64,000 nt of DNA from Blastocladiella emersonii ATCC 22665 (Eukaryota; Fungi; Blastocladiomycota). The stretch is from the NCBI GenBank assembly GCA_025594325.1, contig JANHCV010000008.1:186001-250000 (forward strand), written 5' to 3'. The translations under genes and the position numbers were made by a program. This document shows positions 1 to 8,030 of this stretch, piece after piece. Positions within the stretch are counted from its first letter, which is position 1. Each line of letters begins with the position of its first letter. The notes beneath the pieces are model-generated. The model was not told the DNA's origin and did no database searches. It worked only from the letters and a program-made list of their open reading frames with translations.

Positions 1-1
1 A

Positions 2-994
2 GCACTTGATGTCGGTGAGGGCGCGGCCCTGGTGCGCCGCCGCCCGCTGCCGAATCGCGCCAACGTCCATGGCGTCCGGGTCCGGGACGAGCTTGGCCGC
101 GACGCCCGTCGCCCCGCCCTCGTGCACCAGGAAGTGCTCGACCATCTTGTCGAAACGGTAGCCCTTGCGCAGCGAGGCGAAGGCCACGTCCGCGGCCAGC
201 GGCGAGTTGCCGGCCGTGACCACCAGGTAGAACTGCATCGCCAGCTCGCTGAGCGCGCGGTAGCCTGCACCGGACGCGGTCTGGCGGAACTTGGAGACGA
301 AATCGCGCGCCGGCATGGCGCCGCGCACGTACTTGAGGTTCTTGAGCTCGTGCGCGTACTCGGTCTCCGACTTCTCGGCCGGCTGCGTTGACTTGACGAG
401 GGAGATGTAGGCGTTGAACGAGCCGTAGTCCTCAAACTTGGACCCGGCCATCGCCAGCTCCACGGCCTCGAGCACCTTGCCCGTCAGCTTGCCGTGGAAG
501 TGCGCAATCTTGAACTTCTCCGGGACGTTGAACGTGAGCTGGAGGATGCTCTCGTACTGCGTGATGGCGCTCTTGACCTTGAAGTTGACGCCGTCAACCG
601 AATTCATGCGCATCAGCGCGTGCATCGCGGCCGGCGTGAAGCCATCAACGCCCACGCCCGGCCCGCGCGCGCTGCTGACCTGGATGCTGTCGAGCTCGCC
701 CTGCAGGATACCGTTGAGCGGCTGGCTCTGCTGCGTCTGCCGCAGCTCGACCTCGAGCGCATACGCGCGGCGCTCCGCCGTCTCGGCGCGCCGCTCGGCC
801 GCGACCGCGCGGGCCTCGGTCGACACGCCCAGTTGCCAGTAGTCGCTGGCAACGTTGAGCGCGAGGAAGACGAGCTTGGCTTTGTCCTCGTACGGCATGA
901 CCAGGTCGCGCCACGGCGCGAGCTGGTACTCGGGGACAATGGCCGCAACGTCAAACGTCGCCAGCTTTTCGAGGAACTGTGCCGGCGTTATCAT
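2..994 (-). CDS. gag: Ty3/gypsy Gag (3' partial; absent from the ORF track because no stop lies in the window)
   Basis: My translation: MITPAQFLEK...YAHELKNLKYVRGAMPARDFVSKFRQ...PDPDAMDVGAI...DIKC. It shows a capsid-like region, the gypsy P-MD-x-A motif and the first Cys of a likely zinc knuckle at the edge. CAAAATG start context. Confidence 0.8.
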   Translation of the reverse strand, partial: MITPAQFLEKLATFDVAAIVPEYQLAPWRDLVMPYEDKAKLVFLALNVASDYWQLGVSTEARAVAAERRAETAERRAYALEVELRQTQQSQPLNGILQGELDSIQVSSARGPGVGVDGFTPAAMHALMRMNSVDGVNFKVKSAITQYESILQLTFNVPEKFKIAHFHGKLTGKVLEAVELAMAGSKFEDYGSFNAYISLVKSTQPAEKSETEYAHELKNLKYVRGAMPARDFVSKFRQTASGAGYRALSELAMQFYLVVTAGNSPLAADVAFASLRKGYRFDKMVEHFLVHEGGATGVAAKLVPDPDAMDVGAIRQRAAAHQGRALTDIKC

Positions 995-1037
995 TTTGCC
1001 GTCGTGGAAGAAATCACCGCTCGGAGGGGGTTTTACG

Positions 1038-1046
1038 GTGATACAA
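1038..1046 (-). promoter_or_regulatory. Putative self-priming primer-binding site (TTGTATCAC)
   Basis: Lies 2 nt after the LTR end, does not start with TGG, and is exactly complementary to GTGATACAA inside the LTR (1118-1110). Confidence 0.5.
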
Positions 1047-1048
1047 AG

Positions 1049-1222
1049 TGTAAGGTGCCGAGGGGGAGGGTCTTGTGCCACGAGGAATGACTAGCCGGAT
1101 AATGAAGGATTGTATCACGAATGACAAGAGAGAGGGAGAGCGAGGGCAACGCTCGGCTTATGAGGGACTGCGCCACCAGCCCGCGCCACCAGCCCAAGCC
1201 GTTGGATCACTGAACCGTGACA
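1049..1222 (-). repeat. Putative 5' LTR (174 bp)
   Basis: Minus strand reads TGTCACGG...CCTTACA, typical gypsy termini. The partner LTR is not in the window, so the boundaries are inferred. Confidence 0.55.
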
Positions 1223-2327
1223 CGCGGTCCCACTTTTCTTGGACTCGGACTGGGACGCGCCTGACCCAGGTTGAGGGCTCCCTTGGCGTGACTGGGGTAC
1301 GCGCAACAGGGAGCCTTGGAAGACCTGGACCTACGCGCTGCCTTGTTGGCGGGTCCTGGGTCGCTGTGACTGGCTGGACGTCGCTGCGTGGATAGAAGCC
1401 CTTGAGGCCTTGGACCTTGTAGCTTGGATTGCTCACGCCCAACCCCTTGCGCACGACCTGGACCTGGCTCACAGTTGTTGACCAGACCGGCTTCCCCTTG
1501 GCCTCCATGGCAGTCTTGTACGGCTCGCGGACTCGGACCTGGGTCCCTACCTTCAACAACGCGCTCAGAGGGTCGCCCTCGGGCTTGCCCTTGGCAGCTC
1601 GGATCTCCTTGAGCTCTTGCTTGGCCGTTTCGCGGGGCATGTCATGGAACGCGTTGGGTGCCTTGCTTGTGGCCCTCGACTTGCTGCTGTTGATCACAGG
1701 TTCAATGGTCTCGAGGTGCTTGGGCCAGTTGTTGTTGCCCGGGATGGACAGCCACGGTGTGAGCATCCGGCGGATGGTCCCGTTCATACGCTCAACAACA
1801 CCTTGACCGTATGGCACTCCTGCCTTACCCTTGATGTGCTTGGCCTCAGTCCCGGCCTCTATGCCAAAGAACTCGGTCCCATTGTCCGTCTGGATCGTGG
1901 CAGGTGCAAGGCTGTGCTTGGCGACCACGCTGGACCATGCTTCCCGCGTCTTGTCCTTGGTCTTGATGGGTTGGAGGTAGACGCGGCGGCTCGCCAGGTT
2001 GACACACGTAAGAATGTAACGGAAGCCCTTGTACGTACCGTTTTCGCCCATGTCAATGAGGTCAAGCTGAAAGTTGCAGCCAGGACTTGTTGAGTTGATG
2101 CTTTGAATGTCTCGGCGCTTCTGAGGTGCGCGCTTGTACTGCTGCCACACGGACTGTTCGCCAAGCCATCTCTCAAGCTGGGCGCGGTAGATGTGCTTCC
2201 CTGTGTGCTCTTGGTCGACAATGTCAAAGAGACGCCGGATCCCAACCCCAACATGGCCGCGTTTGTAATACAAGTCTTTCAGGTACTCGGACTGTTCAGC
2301 AGTCAAAGGTTCTTCGTGTGGATACAT
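1158..2327 (-). CDS. rve (DDE) integrase, Polinton/Maverick c-integrase type
   Basis: LYY..G..G, FQLDLIDM, IQTDNGTEF, QGVVERMNGTI and C-terminal KVGTQVRV...WS...Y...FY motifs. The last ~21 codons are read-through into the LTR. Confidence 0.9.
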   Translation of the reverse strand: MYPHEEPLTAEQSEYLKDLYYKRGHVGVGIRRLFDIVDQEHTGKHIYRAQLERWLGEQSVWQQYKRAPQKRRDIQSINSTSPGCNFQLDLIDMGENGTYKGFRYILTCVNLASRRVYLQPIKTKDKTREAWSSVVAKHSLAPATIQTDNGTEFFGIEAGTEAKHIKGKAGVPYGQGVVERMNGTIRRMLTPWLSIPGNNNWPKHLETIEPVINSSKSRATSKAPNAFHDMPRETAKQELKEIRAAKGKPEGDPLSALLKVGTQVRVREPYKTAMEAKGKPVWSTTVSQVQVVRKGLGVSNPSYKVQGLKGFYPRSDVQPVTATQDPPTRQRVGPGLPRLPVARTPVTPREPSTWVRRVPVRVQEKWDRVSRFSDPTAWAGGAGWWRSPS

Positions 2328-2348
2328 TTACAACAAAGACAACAAAAG

Positions 2349-3518
2349 TTACTTGGGCTTCACACGGTTGGTGTAGTACTTCTTGGACACCTTGGACGTG
2401 TGACCCATCTCATGGCAACGCTGCTCGCGCTCCAGCCATGGCACATCGGCACCCTTGGTTGCGACAACACGTTGGACCTTCTGCACGCCGCACTTCTTGT
2501 CCATGAGATCCAAAATCGTGCGGTCAATGGACTTGTTCCAGGTGTTGCGGAGACGCTTGTTGACCTCTTTGCTGGCCAGGTCCTCAATGGTGCGGTTGAT
2601 GAACACAAAGTCATGGCCCTCTGCCTTGCGCTTGGCAATGACACGCTCCAGGGCGGCTGCCACCTCGGGGCTGGGGATGACGTGTGAGAACTCGTGGCCG
2701 CGACCCTCGGTCTTGACACAGATTGGACCTGCCACAGTCTTGGTCTCCGGGTCGTAGTGCGGGTACTTGTCGTTGGGACTTGTGGTCAGGTACGCCATGT
2801 CGCTGCATGTGGCAGTCATGACCTGGAGGTACGCTCAGAGCTTGGTCATGGGCCCCTTGCCCTGGAGCGTTGCCCAGTTCTCAGCAGCAACAACAGCAGC
2901 CAGGAGGTCGTCACTGCTTGGGAGCGTCCCTGCCTCTTCAGCATTGCGCTTCTCACGGGCAGTATCAGCGTCCTGCTTCTTTGCCTCCGTGTACTTGGCC
3001 CCGAGTTCGGTCCACCCGTTCCAGGTGCAGTACTTGGCCAGGGCCTTGAGCGTCTCGACCTGCAGTCCCTGGACGTTCTTGGACCCCTTGGTCGCGCGGT
3101 AGGTGGCCACGGCATTGGACACGGCCTCGACGTCCTGGATGTCCAGACCTGAGGCGGCAAAGGCAAGGAGCACACGAGCCGTCTTGGCCTTGTCGTTGGC
3201 GTCCAGCTCGGCCAGCTCCCCGTTCTTGTTCACCACGGGCGCGTCGACACACGCAGTAATGGACTCTTCGGTCAGCTCAGCAAACTTGACTTGGGGCGGC
3301 TCCGGGGTGTCGACTTCCATGGGAGTGACTTGCTGATCGGTGCCGTGGTCTGGGTTGTGTGACTCGACAGTCTTGAGTCGCGCGTCCAAGTCCTTGAAGC
3401 GCTTGTCAATAGACCCAAATACGGGCTGGAGCTTGTCCATGACCTGCTGCACCACATCTGTGGCAACATGCTGAGCGAGGGCAAGGGCGACCTGGGAGGC
3501 AAGAGACTCAAGCGACAT
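2349..3518 (-). pseudogene. Tyrosine-recombinase-like gene with one in-frame TGA
   Basis: ORFs 3518-2835 and 2819-2349 are in one frame, separated by TGA 2837-2835 (KL*AYLQVMTATCSD). It has VKT, FVF and MGHTSKVSKKYY (GH...Y) motifs. The two expected catalytic Arg positions read Cys and Gln. Confidence 0.6.
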
Positions 3519-3639
3519 GGTTTACTGACTGTCAACAAAAAGGCTCCATGGGCTCAAGTGCATTTGAACGCAACGTTCTTTTTTCTGGGTAGCTGGGCCT
3601 GGGTCAGGGTCAGGGTGGTGGCAAGTCATGGACCATGGG

Positions 3640-4062
3640 AGGGCCCAGGTCACGGTTTGAGAGGGTCGTGACCTCGGCCTCTGCTGGCGCCCAAGTTGGG
3701 GTCATGGGGGGGTGGAGGTCCAGTTCTTTGCCCTCAGTCGCGTCCCAGGTCATGGTTTGAGCGGATTGTGACCTCGGCCTCGACTGGCTCCCAAGTTGAG
3801 CTCATGGGGGGTTCGTGACCTTGGCCTCTGCTGGCGCCCAAGTCAGGGTCATGGGGGGGGGGGGGGTGGAGGTCCGGTTCTTTGCCCTCAGTCGCGTCCC
3901 AGGTCACGGTTTGAGCGGATCGTGACCTCGGCCTTGACTGGCTCCCAAGTCGGGTCATGGGGGGGTGGAGGTCTGGTTCTTTGCACTCAGTCGCGTCCCA
4001 GGTCACGGTTTGAGCGGATCGTGACCTCGGCCTCTGCTGGCTCCCAAGTTGGGCTCATGGGG
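3640..4062. repeat. Complex tandem array (~100 bp units) between divergent genes
   Basis: GTGACCTYGGCC...CCCAAG..GGTCATGGGG subunit at 3668, 3768, 3815, 3922 and 4021. GTTCTTTGC.CTCAGTCGCGTCCCAGGTCAYGGTTTGAGCGGAT occurs three times. Confidence 0.9.
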
Positions 4063-4237
4063 GAGGTTGTGTCTGGGTCAGGGTCAGGTCACGCAAGGGC
4101 AGCTGGGCCTGGGTCAGGACAGTGGCAAGTCATGGGCCATGCCAACAAGGGCTCCCGGGGCACAGTCATTAACGCTAAATCCTGCGCGTTTAAACGCACC
4201 TGTCCTGTCACCTTTTCTGTTACCTCATCATAACAAC

Positions 4238-7228
4238 ATGCCTTGCAAGCAGGTTCCCGGTAAATATGGCACCGCCTTTGGTCTCAAGTGGTTCCATGGC
4301 AAGGATAGTGGCGACAGCAACATGGGCCCTCAGCGCACGCTCTTGTCTGAGCTGCAAGACGACGAGATGGTCATCAAGCGCCTTGTTGACAAGGGCGTTG
4401 ACAAAAATGGCCAGCCCATCGCAGCACACTACTTTGCCAAGGTCAAGACAGCCAACCTGGCCGGGCTCCTCGACAAGAACCGCTGCATCCAGGAGATGGT
4501 CCACCCCGATCGCCTGTCCAAGGTCTACTTTGACATTGACTGCCCAGGCAACCGCAAGGACGTGACCCTGGACGTCATCAAGAAGGTCATCCTGACCCAG
4601 TTCCCCGGCGCCAACCTCCAGGTCTGCGGCTACGAGACGGACCTCAAAAAGTCGTGGCACATTGTCATCAGCAACTACACGGTCACGCTCAAGGACATGC
4701 CATTCCTGAAGCTGTTCTGCAGCCACCCCGACCACGTCAAGCTTGGCTTTGACTCCAGCGTGTACAGCAAGCACCGCTTCATGAAGTGCATCAACCAGTC
4801 CAAGCCCAAGAAGACGCCCGGCGTGTGGATCTTGGGCAACAAGGACCGCCTGTCCAAGCACTTGATCCAGTGCGACTTTGACCCCAACTGCGTGCCGGTC
4901 TCGGACCTGTCCTTTGAAGAGTTTGTGTCTGCTGAGGCCAAGGCAGCGCGGGCCAAGCGCCACGAGGGTCGCCTCAACTTCAACCTGGACATTCCCAAGT
5001 TTGAGGGTGTGACGATCGACCCCGACTTCTTCTACTACGACGCCACGCCACTTGAGATCCTCCACAACATCCCCATCAGCCCCGAGAACGCGTTCCACAA
5101 CAACGTGACCTGGCGGATCATGACATGGGCCATGCGCAAAGGGGTCACATTTGACCAGTTCTGGGCGTGGACGTCGCAGCAGGACAACTCGGCTCAGCGC
5201 ATGCAAAAGTACTGGAACCGGTGGAACGAGATTGCCAGCAACGACAACTACCAGGTACCAGACAGCTTGATCAAGGGCATCTTTCTTGCCCGCTTCCCAG
5301 ACGCGTTCAAGTCCAAGGCCATGAAGCAGTTCAAGGAGTCGCTCCAGGTACCTGTGGACGTGACCAGCGAGGAACCGTACCTGTCAGGTGACGACATTAC
5401 AACTGCCAAGTTCAACGTGCTGGCTGCGGGTATGGGCTCCAACAAGACGGGCGCTGTTTGCGATTACATTGCCAAGTACCCTAATTCGCGCGTGGTCTGG
5501 ATCACCCCTCGCATCACCCTGGCCCACAACACGGAGGGTCGGCTCAACAACGAACACAACCTTGGATTTGTCAACTACTGCAACGTTGACAAGAAGACCA
5601 TGGGAGACAACAATCGACTCATTGTCTCGCCCTGTTCCCTGCACTACATCTCCAAGCCCTACGACATTGTCGTGGTGGATGAGTCAGAGACGGTCCTCAA
5701 AATGTTCCAAGACGACACGCTCCACAAGACCTCTAAGGGCAACAACTTGGTTGCCAACCTCATTGCCTTCAAGACGCTTTGCGAGCACAAGGACAGCAAG
5801 GGCATCTTCATGGACGCGTTCATCACAAACCTGACCATGGACGTCCTCCGCTCCTTTACTGTCGAGCACAACAACCTGACCATCATGAGTGGTAAGATCA
5901 AGGTGATCAAGAACAAGCTCCCCAAGAACTACGTGCCGCGCAAGATGACGTACATTGCCACCAAGAAGAACAAGGACCCGGCGCTCAGCCTACGCGCTGA
6001 GGACGTCATGGAACGCAACATCATCCAGGACCTGCAAGATGGCAAGAAGCTCTACCTGTTCATCCCGCGCAAGATTGACCCCAAGTCCATCTGGTCAGTC
6101 CAGACCTTTGGCGAGCACCTTGAGCGGGTCATGGGTTGGAAGATTGGCGAGGAGATCAAGGTGTACCACGGCGACCGTCCTGCTGATGAGTCCAAGGAAC
6201 TTGTTGACCCTGACACTGTTTGGGGCAAGGAGACGGTCCGCGTGGTCATTGCCAACCTCAAGATCACCGTCGGTGTCAACTTCTCGGAGAAGCGCAAGTT
6301 TGACAAGGTGTACGCGCGCTATGAGTCCTGGTTCCCGATCTGCGACTTCTTCCAAGCAATCTACCGCGTGTGCAACCCCATCGACAATGAGATTGTGTTC
6401 ATGGCCCAATCCAACGGTCGCAGCGCGTTCATCAACCGGACCATGGTCATCAACACCTTCCCAATTGGCGACATGCACAGCGCCATTGTCAAGAACTCGG
6501 TGCTCGAGAACGAGATGGCTGCAGTGACTGCTCGCCACCTTGTCTTTGACAAGTTCCACAAGATTGCCAACATTGTCATTGACAACTGCCCCAAGTACTA
6601 CTACGAGGTGCACCCCGAGATCAAGGAGGTCATTCACTTGGGCTGGTCCTTTGACTGGGCAAACGTCAAGCTGCCATCTGAGGAGGTCATTGACAATCAC
6701 GTGAATGGCTGCCTTGACAAGCCAACCTGGACCACCTGCCTCTCAATCCGCAAGAGCTTCTTTGTCCACACATTCAAGGGCCTGACCGAGGCCGACATGG
6801 AGTTCATCTGGGACAGCAACGCCGAGGGGTTCATGGAGCAGATCAAGCACTTTTACACCAAGGACGCGGCCCACGTCCTGCACAAGATCCTGGAGCACAA
6901 CAACATGGACCTTCGCACAGCCGAAAAGTTTGACATCCATGCAACTGTCCCTGCCAAGTTCAACGAGGGCATCAACAAGTACTTCAAGCGGGTCTGGGCT
7001 GGCTGTGGTGGCAACGCTGCCATGCTATCCCAGCTGCTCAACACCTACTTCAACAAGAAAATCACCCAGAGCGACAAGGAGAAGCCCCAAGTTGAGATTG
7101 CTGGCAAGCGCTACACTAACTTTGAGTGGACAGACAACCACAAGTACTTTGCCCTGTACAAGACCTGGACCACTGCTCCAGCCAAGTCGGCGCCGTTTGT
7201 CCTCGAGCTGGACCTGGACGAGCTCTAA
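4238..7228 (+). CDS. AEP primase + PriCT-2-like + SF2 UL9/origin-binding-type helicase fusion (996 aa from ATG 4238)
   Basis: VYFDID, SWHIV and FDSSVY primase motifs; Trp-rich linker domain; GMGSNKT, VVVDESE, MDA, TVGVNF and QAIYRV helicase motifs. AACAACATG start context. Confidence 0.85.
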   Translation: MPCKQVPGKYGTAFGLKWFHGKDSGDSNMGPQRTLLSELQDDEMVIKRLVDKGVDKNGQPIAAHYFAKVKTANLAGLLDKNRCIQEMVHPDRLSKVYFDIDCPGNRKDVTLDVIKKVILTQFPGANLQVCGYETDLKKSWHIVISNYTVTLKDMPFLKLFCSHPDHVKLGFDSSVYSKHRFMKCINQSKPKKTPGVWILGNKDRLSKHLIQCDFDPNCVPVSDLSFEEFVSAEAKAARAKRHEGRLNFNLDIPKFEGVTIDPDFFYYDATPLEILHNIPISPENAFHNNVTWRIMTWAMRKGVTFDQFWAWTSQQDNSAQRMQKYWNRWNEIASNDNYQVPDSLIKGIFLARFPDAFKSKAMKQFKESLQVPVDVTSEEPYLSGDDITTAKFNVLAAGMGSNKTGAVCDYIAKYPNSRVVWITPRITLAHNTEGRLNNEHNLGFVNYCNVDKKTMGDNNRLIVSPCSLHYISKPYDIVVVDESETVLKMFQDDTLHKTSKGNNLVANLIAFKTLCEHKDSKGIFMDAFITNLTMDVLRSFTVEHNNLTIMSGKIKVIKNKLPKNYVPRKMTYIATKKNKDPALSLRAEDVMERNIIQDLQDGKKLYLFIPRKIDPKSIWSVQTFGEHLERVMGWKIGEEIKVYHGDRPADESKELVDPDTVWGKETVRVVIANLKITVGVNFSEKRKFDKVYARYESWFPICDFFQAIYRVCNPIDNEIVFMAQSNGRSAFINRTMVINTFPIGDMHSAIVKNSVLENEMAAVTARHLVFDKFHKIANIVIDNCPKYYYEVHPEIKEVIHLGWSFDWANVKLPSEEVIDNHVNGCLDKPTWTTCLSIRKSFFVHTFKGLTEADMEFIWDSNAEGFMEQIKHFYTKDAAHVLHKILEHNNMDLRTAEKFDIHATVPAKFNEGINKYFKRVWAGCGGNAAMLSQLLNTYFNKKITQSDKEKPQVEIAGKRYTNFEWTDNHKYFALYKTWTTAPAKSAPFVLELDLDEL

Positions 7229-7362
7229 GACGCTCCCTTGCCTGTTAAGACGCTGCCTGCTAAGACGCTCCCGTACCCTGACCCCGTACCCTGACCCTTG
7301 TCCTGCCCAATACATTGATGCTGCTAAGACGCTCCCCTGCATTGACCCCCGTACCCTGACCT
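7225..7362 (+). repeat. Short direct repeats after the helicase stop
   Basis: TAAGACGCT four times and CCGTACCCTGACC three times. Confidence 0.75.
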
Positions 7363-7375
7363 CTTGTCTTTGAAA

Positions 7376-7445
7376 GTCCCAATTTCCCCTATAGAATGCT
7401 GGTACTCTATATAGACACTGACTGTTTCATAGGGGAAATTGGGAC
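7376..7445. other. Stem-loop: 17 bp perfect inverted repeat, 36 nt loop
   Basis: GTCCCAATTTCCCCTAT (7376-7392) and ATAGGGGAAATTGGGAC (7429-7445). Confidence 0.85.
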
Positions 7446-7732
7446 CTTTACAGTGAGTGGCTTCATAGCAGCCGCTTGCGGCAGGTGGTCAGGGACGGGC
7501 TCGGGGACTGGCTCGGGGACTGCTCACAGATCGACTTGCAGCTGTGCTCAGGGACCAGACCAGGGAACTCTGTCAGTGGGTAGCCGCAGCTGCGCTGCTC
7601 TTTGTCTCGCTGCGCTCGCCGGCCGCCGCCGACCGCTTGGGGTAAGCAATGGTCAGCCCAAGTGGTTGGTCAGGGACGGGCTCAGGGGTCAGGTCAGGGA
7701 CTCACTCCTGGACCACTCGCCCCTCCCTTCCA

Positions 7733-7904
7733 CCCACCCTCCCGCCCACCTGCTTTGGCCTTCGGCCTCCGTCTGCGTGTCATCGCCCTAAGGGCGATGA
7801 CAGTCTCAGTGATGTCACCCCACCCTCCCGCCCACCTGCTTCGGCCTTTGGCCTCTGTCCGCGTGTCATTGCCCTAAGGGCGGTGACAGTCTCAGTGATG
7901 TCAC
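7733..7904. repeat. Two tandem 86 bp units, each with a 25 bp palindrome
   Basis: 7733-7818 and 7819-7904 differ at 6 positions, all transitions. Core TGTCATCGCCCT-A-AGGGCGATGACA at 7778-7802. Confidence 0.9.
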
Positions 7905-8004
7905 CCGGGGTAAGCAACTGGGTCTCACGTGGTTACCCTGAGTGACTGCTGCCAACCGCTCGGGGTAAGCAATTGGTCAGCCCGAGTGGCAGTGGGTCAG
8001 CCTA

Positions 8005-8030
8005 TGTCGTATCCCTTAAGGGATACAACA
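8005..8030. other. 26 bp near-perfect palindrome forming the element terminus
   Basis: TGTCGTATCCCTT|AAGGGATACAACA with one mismatch; it abuts the truncation point of the host ORF. Confidence 0.85.

Larger units (their letters stand above)
1..1222 (-). mobile_element. 5' part of a Ty3/gypsy LTR retrotransposon (runs off the left edge), inserted in the 3' end of the integrase gene
   Basis: Gag ORF 994->2, preceded on the minus strand by a TG...CA-bounded segment (1222-1049) and a PBS-position 9-mer. pol and the second LTR are outside the window. Confidence 0.7.
1223..8030. mobile_element. Polinton-like (Maverick-related) DNA element, left part interrupted by the gypsy insertion
   Basis: Polinton-type rve integrase, YR-like gene and primase-helicase; visibly CpG-poorer than host genes; repeat-rich terminal region ending ...ACA at 8030, where a host ORF is cut. 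No capsid, pPolB, ATPase or protease gene in view. Confidence 0.7.

Noticed and set aside
1-2327. gag plus integrase as a single retroelement
   Set aside because: The gene order is wrong for an LTR element, an LTR-like segment separates them, and the integrase is Polinton-type.
4049-4237. Track start of the helicase at 4049 (and 7997-8030, 40693-40917, 43816-44082 extensions)
   Set aside because: These run through repeat, element or promoter DNA; better ATG contexts and homology start or end at the positions given in features.
3640-7904. CRISPR-like reading of the repeat arrays
   Set aside because: Units repeat in full with no unique spacers, there are no cas genes, and the context is eukaryotic.
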